From positions 32,187,944 to 32,251,943 of the forward strand of contig NC_068983.1 in NCBI RefSeq assembly GCF_001194135.2: a stretch of DNA of 64,000 nucleotides. Direction: 5' to 3'. Shown one piece after another: positions 49,895-61,879 of the stretch; the stretch's first letter is position 1; each line of letters starts with the position of its first letter. The notes under the pieces are model-generated. The model was given only the letters and a program-made list of their open reading frames with translations. It was not told the origin of the DNA and searched no databases. Source of the stretch: Octopus bimaculoides (Eukaryota). The translations under genes and the position numbers were made by a program.

Positions 49895-49900
49895 AATAAA
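49895..49900 (+). terminator. RPLP0: Polyadenylation signal of RPLP0
   Basis: AATAAA 7 nt after the stop codon, followed by a T/GT-rich tract. Confidence 0.55.
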
Positions 49901-50992
49901 CATCACCTTCATCTTAAATTGGGTTTTTTGTTCTTTTTCAAAATTCAAATGTGGTTTATAAGTAATGGTTGATAAACTGTTCTTGTATCTAGTTTTCTTA
50001 GTGACAGACGCATCTCGGCAGTGGAAAAGTATTTTTTGAATTGATGGTGACTGAGGACCTGTATAGTGTATGGGTTTCACAAGACTGGTAGTTATTTGCT
50101 AATAGTGCTTTGAAGTAAGAATGAAACTATTGCTGCTAAAACTAGCTTCTAAACTGCACAAAAATATTGAAAACCCTTTGGTCGTGAATGAAAGTTCACC
50201 TCTGAAGTACAAATATACATCTTGATATCACCATTGCATCCAATTTCTACAGCTGGGTGACCTGGAACAACTTGAAATAAGTGTCTTAAGAATATGACAC
50301 ACCCTGGTATGGAAATTGAATACCCTCCTGGTTGAGACATGCTCTTACCACTGAGCCATGCACATGCATGACTACACACACTCCTCCCTATGTAATTGGA
50401 GGTGCTGTTTGGGATATATCAGGATTCCATAAACATTCTGCAATTTTAACGTAGAAAGAGGAAGTTGACAGTAAACTACAAAGCTGGCTGACAGATTGCC
50501 TTTACACTAAGCAATTTGGGCTTATGGTTCTATTGCTGTTTACTTATGAAACCAATATAAACATGGATGAATACTTAAAAATTTGGTTCGCTTTCTATTG
50601 AATTGGAAATAGTGTGACTAGTGGATGTTACGTCAGTGTAAATGGAAAGTCCAAAGTAGCTAAAAGCAGGAGTTACTATTCTGAAGTTGTACTTGCTATC
50701 CATAATAATAGTTCATAGGTGCAGGAATGGCTGTCTGGTAAGTGGCTTGAAGCCAAAAACAAGGGAAAGAAAAAGCAAGGGCTCTACCCTGGTGGTTGGA
50801 TGCCTATCCTTCAGGAAAGCCATTACAAATTGCATCTGTGATGAGCAATGCTTTAATCGAACATTGTAAATATGAAATTATTATTGTATATTTAAAATTG
50901 TAAGTATTTAATCAATACAGCTACTTCACCCCTTTTATGTTTGTCCTTGTTCGTCCCCTCTTTGTAATGCCTTTATGGCAAATATGAAATAA

Positions 50993-51126
50993 AGAAGCTT
51001 GCTTACCAACCACATAGTTCCGGGTTCAGTCCCACTGTGGCACCTTTGGCAAGTGTCTTCTATAGCCTCTGGCCAACCAAAGCCTTCTGAGTGTATTTGG
51101 TAGACAGAAAATGAAAGCCCATTGTG

Positions 51127-51158
<32 letters not shown>

Positions 51159-51370
51159 GTAAATATATATTATGTGTCTGTGCTTGATAGAAGCCTGTCG
51201 TGTGTGTCTGCTAGTCCCTCCAACATAGCTTGGCAACCGATGCTGGTGTTTGTCTACGTAACGTAGCAATTTGGCAAAAGAGACAGAATTAAGTCCTGGG
51301 GTCAATTTTTTTCTCGATTACAGGTGGTGCTCCAGCATGGCTGCAGTCAAATGACTGAAACGAGTAAGAG
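50993..51370 (+). mobile_element. tRNA-derived SINE
   Basis: Same family as 3517-3868, with an internal (TA)n. Confidence 0.75.
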
Positions 51371-52861
51371 AATATGGCTAAGCCATAACATGGATTACAA
51401 CAATGAGAGAAAATTGCTCACTTACAAACTTTGCATTTATAACAAAACCTTACAGACTGCAGCCCTTAAGATCTTGACCAATCCTTCATTGCTTTCACTT
51501 TTGAACAGTAATAGCTTCATTTGGAATATTTTCACAAGCTTAATTTAACTATACAGTGAATTGTCAAATGTTATATACCCATGCATTTTCAGTCTCATCA
51601 AAGTCCCCTAATATGCTGTCCTGATCTGTGGCATATCCCTCAAATGAACTGTCACACAAACTATTGCTTTACATGTAAAATAGAGGAAAGTAATTGGCAA
51701 CACTTGAATTTGTTGCTTGTAATTTGTACCTTATCCTAGCCATCTTTGACCCTTATGTCTGTCCTAACGGGTACTAGCTGAACCTTTCCTTGAATGTCAA
51801 CCCTTTAGAATTCCTCTGCCTAAACCCCCACCTCCATAACCTTCAGCATTAAAAGAGCATGAACTATATTATTACTGGTTTTATAGGGCTGGTTCAGAGC
51901 ACAATTAAATCCCCCATCTTGAGGTTAAAAGAAAACTTAGTCAGTGTATAAACTCAGCCTACTTTCTAAAGTTATACATCAAAGGTCAGTTTTATAATTT
52001 CATACAAGGAATAAAATCGACTTTAAAATAGATTTATCCAATCAAAAATTTTTATTATTGCATATAGTGAACGATAAGTACACAGTAACACATTTCTGTG
52101 GTGTAATGCATTATTTTGTAATGACAGTCTCCACTGAATATTTTCTTCATGAGAGGAAGTTAACTGGTCAACAGGAATATGGGATTGAATCCAAGTTGTG
52201 CTTGTCTCAGCAAAAACAGAAGTATGTGATCAGTAATTTGTGTATGACTTGTTTATTGTAGCTGTAATTATTTTCAAGACATGAAGTTATTTCCCTTCTG
52301 ATAACCGATTGAATTTGTAGTCATAAGTGTCTAGTATTTTCTCTTTCATTGTACCTGATAGTGGAAAGTAAAAGCTGGTGTAATCAAGTTGATTGTTCAG
52401 TGCTTTCCTGTCTCTGAACCGTTAATATACCACACTGTATAGTCTCTCTTTTAAGAATAAAATGTTTTTTGTCACAATACTTAAAAAACATTTTTTCAAC
52501 AAAATGAGACTATTCTTACATTCTGAATACTTTTTGTATTTTTAAAATTCAGCTTCTTAGTCATGTTATGTCAGATGTCAACATTTAGCAAACTGAAGAT
52601 AATTGGTATCTGTAAATCTTTGACATTCTCAATTATGGTTTCTTTTTTATTTTTTGGTTCTTACATAGTTCCTTAATGTTTCAGTTATATCTTATTAAAT
52701 ATAACCTGTGTGAATCTATAAATAGCAATAGTGCTTGCCATTTCCCTGGTTTACAAGTAGCTATGGGAAAATGTCACATAGCTTTAATCTTGTCTTCAAG
52801 GATTTCCTATGACGCTTTTGGGTACCAAAGTGCAAAACTTGCCTACTAGAAGATATACATA

Positions 52862-54016
52862 TGTAGTGAAACTACCTATCGTCACTAGATACAAAACTAC
52901 TATCGCCATTACATGCAATCTTCTCATTTAAATATAAATAAATGCGAGCGTAGTAGGGAACCCATTCCTTGTCATCACGTGACTGATTATTATTCGAATC
53001 GGTAACTTCTTCGAACCTTTCCCGCCAGAACGCAAACTGACCAATCACGGCCTCTAATAAGGTCACGTGATGGAGTAAAATTCTGAAGGCATTTGGAGCC
53101 CTCTTAACGCTATATATAGATCAACTCATACCCCACAAATTCGTCTTGGTCCAGTTTCTCTTTGAGAACTGTTCTGTGTACCACACGACAGCAGCAGCAG
53201 TTCCAGCGACCACTTCAACAGCTTCGTCCAGCCAACGATGACCACCGCCGTCGNNNNNNNNNNNNNNNNNNNNNNNNNNNNNNNNNNNNNNNNNNNNNNN
53301 NNNNNNNNNNNNNNNNNNNNNNNNNNNNNNNACTACCGAGTATCTCCACCAGCGTCAACACGACTTACTATGTACACCACACCAAACTACCGCGGCACAT
53401 CTCTCTCTTCGATTCTGTTAGGTGACTCAGCTTCACCACGGTAAATAAACAGACAAGAGTTCTTAAACAGACAAGAAATTCTCAGCCAGCGACGAACATC
53501 TGTATAACAAGAATCACGGCCCGGCATCGATGCCACGACATCACAACTAGTGATCAGCTCTGCCAAACTCAGCCAACTCACTTCACATACAGATTCATAT
53601 TATTGTGTACCCAAGAACTGGTATAATTGTTCACGTGTTATTGACTCTCCTTTTCTCTGCTGTAATATTTCTCATACACATACATGTATCACTCACATAC
53701 ACACTTTTCTTTGCATGACGGCCTGTCTTTGATTATGCTATTATATGTCGCATTCACACTCTCACACAGACATACATCTTTAACGCTACAATAAATATCT
53801 CTGTTATTCATCTAATACGGTTGTGGTCTTTCATTACTGGTCATCTATGTTATCGTCGCATAACATATCATGTATATCATTATTCATCATGATGATGATT
53901 ATTGATATCTATAATATTGTGTGTTCGACCGTGTGACACGTTTAAATAAAAGGAGTCCTCTGTTTTTCCATTCGTCACCATTTCTCCTTTTTGAGTTCGC
54001 ACGGTCGTCCCTTACA
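52862..54016 (+). mobile_element. Solo LTR (Gypsy-like, 4-bp TSD)
   Basis: TGTAG...TTACA termini; CATA direct repeat at 52858-52861 and 54017-54020; TATA-like at about 53110, AATAAA at about 53789; CpG-rich relative to flanks; contains a 78-N gap. Confidence 0.75.
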
Positions 54017-57000
54017 CATACATGTATGCATACATACATTTATAAATTCGAGTTTGTTTGAGACCTGCATTCTAAATATTCAGGTGATTCAAGCCGAGCT
54101 TTAGAGGAAGGTGCAAAGAACCATGTATAGCATAAAAGAATATCTTACTCAACTTTTAAAAATTTTCTTTGAAAATATCCATACACAATACTGTATTAAT
54201 GTGTATAAGTATTGTAAATGAAATCTTTTTTTTTTCTCTAAGTTTTTCCAATGCCTATTGCTGTTCTCAATACACATCCCATTACTTTCTACCAAAATCT
54301 CAATTATATTTTAAATAAATTAAAACACTTGGGCAATCTTGCTCATTATGACATGGTAATGAAAGAATTATGGGCAGAAAGATTAGCATTTAGTTGGATA
54401 GTCCATATTTATAGAGTAGGCAATTTCTTTGCATTATTTTGCAAAAAAAAAAAAGGTAGAAATGGATGCAAATTTGTTATATAACAGGCAGAATTCTTAT
54501 TCTGAAAAATACAATATTTCAGCCCAAGTATTTTATTGATCCTGGAAGGTTGCAGGGCAAAGTAAACCCCAGTAAGCCATTCTACTTGGAGTGGCAAAAG
54601 TGATATAATAGAAATTAATTATTATATACTTGGCACATAAAAAGCATGTGCCTTACTGGCACATGAATGAAACATTCGAGCTAGGTCGTTGCCAGTGCCA
54701 CTGGACTGACTCCTGTGCAGGTGGCATGTAAAAGACACCATTAGAGTGTGACCTTTGCTAGTACTGCCTGACTGGCCCTTGTGCTGGTGGTACATAAAAG
54801 CACCCACTACACTCGGAGTGGTTGGCGTTAGGAAGGGCATCCAGCTGTAGAAACTGTCAGATCAGATTGGAGCCTGGTGCAGCCATCTGGTTTGTCAGTC
54901 TTCAGTCAAATCGTCCAGGCCATGCTAGCATGGAAAGCAAACATTAAACGATGATGAATCATATATCTCTGCTCTTCTAGAATTGCACTGTGCTGGAACA
55001 GCAACTTCTAGATATAATTCAAATATAACCTATCAGATCATTAACATGGAAGAATGTGATTCAGCCTTCGTTTAGTATGCTTGCTTGGAACAAACTACTA
55101 ACCCTGTGAAGTTGAACTGAGTACAAATAAATGAAAGACTCATCAGTTATGTAGTACTGTGACTGCTTGGTATCACACTATTTCCATATTGTACCTGCTT
55201 ACAATTAAATGTCATGACATTAAAAACACTCCTGTTAAGAGAGTAAACTCCTGACCCTTCAGCTCGCAGTTGCTATGCAATGAAACCATAGTTATAGTAT
55301 TCAGGAAAGACCTCTTACCTCAAAGAAATGCCTTTTCAGCTGTTGCTTGTTTAAAATGTCTGAGTATTTTGTTAATACATAATAATCAGAGCCAGAGGTG
55401 ATTATTCACAGGGTATTTTTTTTTACCAGTTCTCATGAACAATAATGATAGCTAAAATATTTATCAATGTGCTCAAAGAAACATCATACCACCAATAAGG
55501 TAGCTGAACGTTAAATTAATTCTAATGTTGTTTTTGATTTACCGGGCGCCGTGCTTAAAGAGCGACAGCTGCCACCGGTTGTTAAAAATTGCGTCTCCGA
55601 AATCTCTTGATTGTGATTCCGCCCAGACGCTCGCAAATCGGCAACTGGGTGTCACTGACGACAAAGACCCTTTTAATAAGTTAACATTTCAGTAACTGAT
55701 ATATATCGTTACTATAATAACTTTAAAGTGATATTGCAATGCAAGTTCTGCTTAAAATTTAAATAAGATCTCAATACAAGCGAATATAATTACAATTTTC
55801 GATATTTACAAACAATATCTAATAGTTTTCTGCTAGTAGTTAATTATTTTGTTTTAAAATAAGCTAGTAAAATATCAAAAAAATTCCTTGCCATGTACTT
55901 ATTCCCAGTCAATCTTTTCTAAAATGTATCCTATGTAAGGGAGGTAATTCATAGCAAATAGGTTCGCTCTTTAGAGATGGCATACTTTCATTGAATGTCA
56001 GTAATAATTGAATTAATTAAATAAAAATAAATAAATCGCTTCTACTAACACATGACTCGTGACTCATACTTGATAATTTAGTTTATATAAAGGTATTCTA
56101 CGTTTGTGAAAAGAAAATCCCGTTTCACTATCTTAAATTTGTGCGTGTTTTCGAGCGACCATTAGCTTTGATTTTTACCAGTTCTTTCTTTCAACCACTA
56201 ATTTTCAGCTACGCCTTTTCTACTCTAGGCAGAAGGCCCGAAATTTTTGGGGAGATAAGATCGATCTCAGTACTTAACTGGTACTTAATTTATCGACCCC
56301 GAAAGGATGGAAGGCAAAATCGACCTCGCCGGAATTTGAACTCAGAACATAAAGACAGACGAAATACCGCTAAGCATTTCGCCCGGCAACAGCTCTCTCT
56401 GTCTGCCGAATATTACTTGTGTTAAAGTTTGTTGACTGTACATACGTAAGTTATGATTAAAAAAAAATTAAATTGGCATCCCTGCAGGATAGAATGTGAA
56501 ATTATCGAGTACTTCCAAAATAATAATTTCTTCGGATCCATGTTTCACGCATCGTAGATTATGAATCTGCAATTTTGGGTGGGGTGTGTAGACCCCCTTT
56601 CCGTAATTTTTCAGTTTTTACTTTCTTTTGAATTATTTGTTTAAATTATACGTAACAAAATTATACATAAGCATAAGTCCGAAAAAAAAAATCAAAGCTG
56701 AAAATTTACGGAAAGTGGAGTGGATTTTGCTCCTCTTTCGAGAAAACGCGGAGTAGATAAAACAGGGGACAACTGATGAAGGGAATGTTCTTTATGTTCC
56801 CTTTCTCGTTTCTCTATTTGTTTCTTTCGTTGTTCGAAAAAAGTTAGTTTTCTATGTTTTTGTTTTTATGTTCACGTTTTTTGACGTCCTTGTACCCATA
56901 TATGCATGTATATATACATATATAACTAGGTATGTACATATATGTATGTATACATGCATATATTTATATATTATTTATATTATTATATATATGTATATAT

Positions 57001-57108
57001 GTGTGTGTGTGTGTGTATAACCTTATGGTTAGGATATTAATTCATAGTTATAAGAAAGCTTGGGAACAACATGTAAATATAATTGCAGGAAAAAAAAAAA
57101 AAAACCCC

Positions 57109-57236
57109 GATAAATTTTCAGATTAACACCCGCACGATTTTCACTGGGGTTTTAGGGTTAGGGTTAAGGTTAGGGATGGAATTCCCACCCTAACACCCTA
57201 GTAAAAATCGTGCGGGTGTTAATCTGAAAATTTACC
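57109..57236. mobile_element. Small foldback MITE with (TTAGGG)n core
   Basis: TIR taaattttcagattaacacccgcacgatttt / aaaatcgtgcgggtgttaatctgaaaattta; core tttagggttagggttaaggttaggg. Confidence 0.8.
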
Positions 57237-57660
57237 AAAAAAACACAAGTCCACGAGATAAATGAAAACAAATCATTTGCGGAAGTGCGTGTAAACTTTA
57301 GGACTGTTCACTCCCAAATTCTAAAACAGGAAAAAATATTAACAAAAGAAATAATAACAAATATGACACCAAATTCGAAATAATTCATCGAAATAAAATA
57401 AAACGATAGGGCCTCTATCAGAGAGGATACGTATTATAAATAAATATCAGGGTGTTTCAGGAACGTGTAACTGATGCAAACTCAACACACACACACATGT
57501 ATAAACAAAGTGTGTGTCGGCATTAAAGTGAATCTACAACGTACCTGATTAATATATGTAAAGTCCGAATGGAATGATTTATTTGTGATTATTTGAAATT
57601 TGTGATTATTTGAAATCTGAAAAAAATAATTACAATTTTTCTTTCTTACAATGAAAATGA

Positions 57661-58602
57661 TTATGACAAAGGATAGTAAGTTCTAATGCATTTTACAAAT
57701 GACATAAACATATTATGTTTATGAGAACGTCGCCAGCAAAATTCTTGTAAATATGTTTCAAAAAGATTATCAGAAGTTCCATGCATGGCGCGATATTTGT
57801 CTTTGATTTTGCCCCACGTTCTTTCTATGGTGTTTGTATGAAAAGTTGCATCATTAGGATCAACAAAGTGCAGATTGTGGTTCATGTTTGTGTGGTTTGA
57901 CATTTGTTGATAAGCAAGCCAGCCATCAGTAATAATACGAGTCTCTGGCAATACATGCTGAGCAATGATAGGCAATAAAGTGGAAGCATTTCGATCGGAG
58001 ACAGGTACAAGGACACATCTCAGACTTTGGCGTTCTACCATTCCTAGAATCCAGCGGCACTCTTCATAACGACCATTATAGAACTTCTGGTGCGTAAATT
58101 TCGTTTCGTCAATCTCCACAACCATTCCTTCGCCTCCAATCTGCATTGCATTATCGATACACCATACGGCACATAGTTCTCTGAAATAGTTATACCATTT
58201 AACAATTGCTTCTGTACCGATACCGACCTGCTCCATAACTACATATTGTTTGCAGTCAAGTGCTGCCCACCAATATATAAGCTCTATAAGGCGAGGCAAT
58301 GGGAGACGGGACCCAGAGAAGAAAGAATCTTGCCTAATACTTCGATAATGCATGCATACACAGCACCTCCAAGCTTTTCCATCCGATGAAGTGCATCGAT
58401 TCATCAAACGCATTGGCGTATTACAGCACATTGCTGAATTATGAATTAATCCCAAAGAGGCAAGAAAGTTGATTGTACTTTCATTGTTCATTGTCATCAT
58501 GCAAATATCCCGCACAACGTAATTCCTTTCGGTCAGCTTATCAGCATCAATAATTTCATCTGCAATTCTCACGGGTGCTTGTCGTTTAACAGAGCCAGCC
58601 AT
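57661..58602 (-). CDS. Merlin (IS1595/ISXO2-like) DDE transposase, intact 313-aa ORF
   Basis: N-terminal C..C zinc-ribbon (CCNTPM...WRCCVC); catalytic VEIDET, IITDGW and HTNTIERTWGKIK; C-terminal YLQEFCWRR. Confidence 0.9.
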   Translation of the reverse strand: MAGSVKRQAPVRIADEIIDADKLTERNYVVRDICMMTMNNESTINFLASLGLIHNSAMCCNTPMRLMNRCTSSDGKAWRCCVCMHYRSIRQDSFFSGSRLPLPRLIELIYWWAALDCKQYVVMEQVGIGTEAIVKWYNYFRELCAVWCIDNAMQIGGEGMVVEIDETKFTHQKFYNGRYEECRWILGMVERQSLRCVLVPVSDRNASTLLPIIAQHVLPETRIITDGWLAYQQMSNHTNMNHNLHFVDPNDATFHTNTIERTWGKIKDKYRAMHGTSDNLFETYLQEFCWRRSHKHNMFMSFVKCIRTYYPLS

Positions 58603-58833
58603 TTCTGGTTTATATTAGGTATTTCTAAATAAACTTTTAAACTCCAAAAATACACACAAATTTTAACTGAGTTTTAGTCCACTATTGCCAAACATTGTTT
58701 TACTTTCACTTTATTAAAACTAAATCCCTGTCATTCAGATCATCAATGTTTATAATGTCAGTTACAATTACGATACCTGTCGTCTGAAACAATCTTTCTG
58801 TATTCGTATATGAAGTCATGCAGATGCTTTATC

Positions 58834-59185
58834 GGCATTCCTTCGATATAACTCAACAACATTTGACTGTTTATTTCGGGTATCTTCGACAATTCACTTC
58901 GGATATCTCCGTGACAGCTGCTAAAATGGGAGGAGGAGAAGAAAGCTAATGGGTTGTGTGTGCGTGTTTGTTCTTGTCTCTGTGTGTTCTCTGTTCTGTT
59001 CAACAACACATAAATACAGAACAGGCACACACACAAACACTGACAAGAACAAGCACGCATACATAACCCATTAGGTTTCTTCTCCTCCTCCCATTTCAGC
59101 AGCTGTTACGGAGGTATCCGAAGTGAATTGTCGAATTATATCGAATTGATGTTTTGGTTTCGTCGAGTTATATCGAAGGAACGCC
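58834..59185. mobile_element. GG-terminated foldback MITE with perfect 8-bp TSD
   Basis: TIR ggcattccttcgatataactc / gagttatatcgaaggaacgcc; TSD GCTTTATC at 58826-58833 and 59186-59193. Confidence 0.85.
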
Positions 59186-59323
59186 GCTTTATCGATGTGT
59201 TCGGCAATTTACGTAAAAACATTCTATTTCTTAATTTTTTTTCATGAGCTGGTGAAACCGACATTATTTTTGATTTACACGAAAGCAAACACACACTCAC
59301 GCATACATACATCCTTTTTTCTT

Positions 59324-59893
59324 GGCATCCCTTCGATATAACTCGACAAGATTTGACATTTCACTTCGGATGTCTTCGATATAACTCGACAACTCACTTC
59401 GGATATTTCCGTGACAGTTGCTGAAATGGGAGGAGAAGAAACCTAATGGGTTGTGTGTGCATGCCAGCTATGTCTCATTTTAAACTTGGGGGGAAAAAAA
59501 AAGCCTTGCATATTTGTTCTTACCTGCGTCATGTGTGTATGTAAAATCCGCAAATTTCCAAGCAAAAAACAGAATCGAAGTTTATGCCTCACAAATATCA
59601 GAAAACGAGAACGTCGTATCAATTACACTAGTTTATGTTTTTTTTTTAACCACCAAAGAGCAGAAAAGGACTGACTATACAATGTATTTTATGAATTTCA
59701 TAAAAAAACATTCTTGAAGTTTAAATTAGACAAGAAAATGCACGCGCAGACAAGGACAAGCACGCACACACAACCCATTTAGCTTTCTTCTTCTCCCATT
59801 TCAGCAACTGATATCCGAAGTGAATTGTCGTGTTATATCGAAGACACCCTAAACGAAATGTCAAATCTTGTCGAGTTATATCGAAGGAATGCC
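59324..59893. mobile_element. Second copy of the same MITE family
   Basis: TIR ggcatcccttcgatataactcg / cgagttatatcgaaggaatgcc with the same subterminal repeats; flanks 6/8. Confidence 0.8.
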
Positions 59894-60089
59894 CTTTTTT
59901 AAATGTTTTTATGATTCGCCTATGTTTATGTACATTTTCCCCCGATTTAATTGATTTGGCAATCTTTCGGCATTCATACATGACGTCATATCTATATGTT
60001 CGGCAATTTACGATGCACACGCACGCACATACACACTGAATACACATACATGCATTCTTTTCTGTATGTTTTTACGATTCGCATATACT

Positions 60090-60334
60090 CTTTTAATTGT
60101 TTCAGTCATTTGACTGTGGCCATGCTGGAGCACCGCCTTTAGTCGAGCAAATTGACCCCAGGACTTATTCTTTGTAAGCCTAGTACTTATTCTATCGGTC
60201 TCTTTTGACGAACCGCTAAGTTACGGGGACGTAAACGCACCAACATCGGTTGTCAAGCGTTGTTGGGGAGACAAACACAGATGCACAAACACACACACAT
60301 ACATATATACGACGGGCTTCTTTCAGTTTCCATC
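60090..60334 (-). mobile_element. tRNA-derived SINE 3' half, truncated by an assembly gap
   Basis: Nearly identical to 3517-3700. Confidence 0.8.
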
Positions 60335-61879
60335 NNNNNNNNNNNNNNNNNNNNNNNNNNNNNNNNNNNNNNNNNNNNNNNNNNNNNNNNNNNNNNNNNN
60401 NNNNNNNNNNNNNNNNNNNNNNNNNNNNNNNNNNNNNNNNNNNNNNNNNNNNNNNNNNNNNNNNNNNNNNNNNNNNNNNNNNNNNNNNNNNNNNNNNNNN
60501 NNNNNNNNNNNNNNNNNNNNNNNNNNNNNNNNNNNNNNNNNNNNNNNNNNNNNNNNNNNNNNNNNNNNNNNNNNNNNNNNNNNNNNNNNNNNNNNNNNNN
60601 NNNNNNNNNNNNNNNNNNNNNNNNNNNNNNNNNNNNNNNNNNNNNNNNNNNNNNNNNNNNNNNNNNNNNNNNNNNNNNNNNNNNNNNNNNNNNNNNNNNN
60701 NNNNNNNNNNNNNNNNNNNNNNNNNNNNNNNNNNNNNNNNNATATATATATATATAAAATGTTCTAGTAGAAACTGGATCTTAGTATATTAGAAATATCA
60801 ATTGTTCCATGTTTTAAATTCAGATTTTAGTTATGCAGGTTACAGTATAACAGTCAGTGGATAGTGTATCTAGTTTATAGAGTCTGTTTTTATTAAAATT
60901 AAAAAAATACTGTGACAATCAGGATGTGTTCTAGCACATTTAGATTGTCTGATGTTTAGTGTGGAAGTTAGGACAGGTTTCTTGGGTTCTAGTGCAAACA
61001 ATCATGGTTTGTTCAACCCAGTTTAGTGTTCTATTGTATTGGTCTTAGTATTAACACTCATGGCATGTTAGGCCCGTTTGTGTATGGTTGTGCAAGAGTA
61101 GTGTGGACAGTCACAGCATATTAAACCCAGTTTAGGGTCTGGTTTTAGGTGTAGGATATAGTGTGCACAGTTATGACATATCAGGCCCTGTTTGGTGTCA
61201 GGTTGTAAAAAGGGGTGAAGTGTGGACAAATATAAGCTTGAATAATGTCTGTTCTTTGTATATATCGCAATGTCAAAGTAACTATGTGAGATATTCTCAT
61301 TATCATTTTGTTGGTCATGAAGACTTCCCGAAAATGGGATCAGTTGAATCTTAGATTGTAATGGTCAATGTGTGTGTGAGTGTGCACATGCATGATGCAA
61401 CTGTATGCATACTGTTCTATAATGCTATGCAAATTGCATGAGATGCTGAAAAGAGATACACAATGACAATGCAAGAAGTCCTTCACTCATCATTATCCAC
61501 AGCATCCTCGTTTTACTGAGAAGGTTTCCATCACCATTACGACCAACATCATCTACTTCTTCATAAAAATATTTTAAATCACCTAGCATTCTGAAGCTCT
61601 TCAAGCTAATTAATCATACGTTTATGTATTGTTTTACGATTCGTATTTTTAATTTTTTAAAATCTATTTCTGTCAGCGGTGTGTATGTATCTGTTTTTTT
61701 TTTAATGTATGTATTGTATGTGTGTGTGTGTGTGTATTCAATGACAATCTCGGCAACGTCCAACACAGGAAAATAAAGAAATTTTTTTTTCCGTAAATTG
61801 CTAAACACAGATATAACATCATGTATAAATACCAAAAAATTGCCATTGTTTTTTTTTTATCTATGTCCTAATTACCCAT

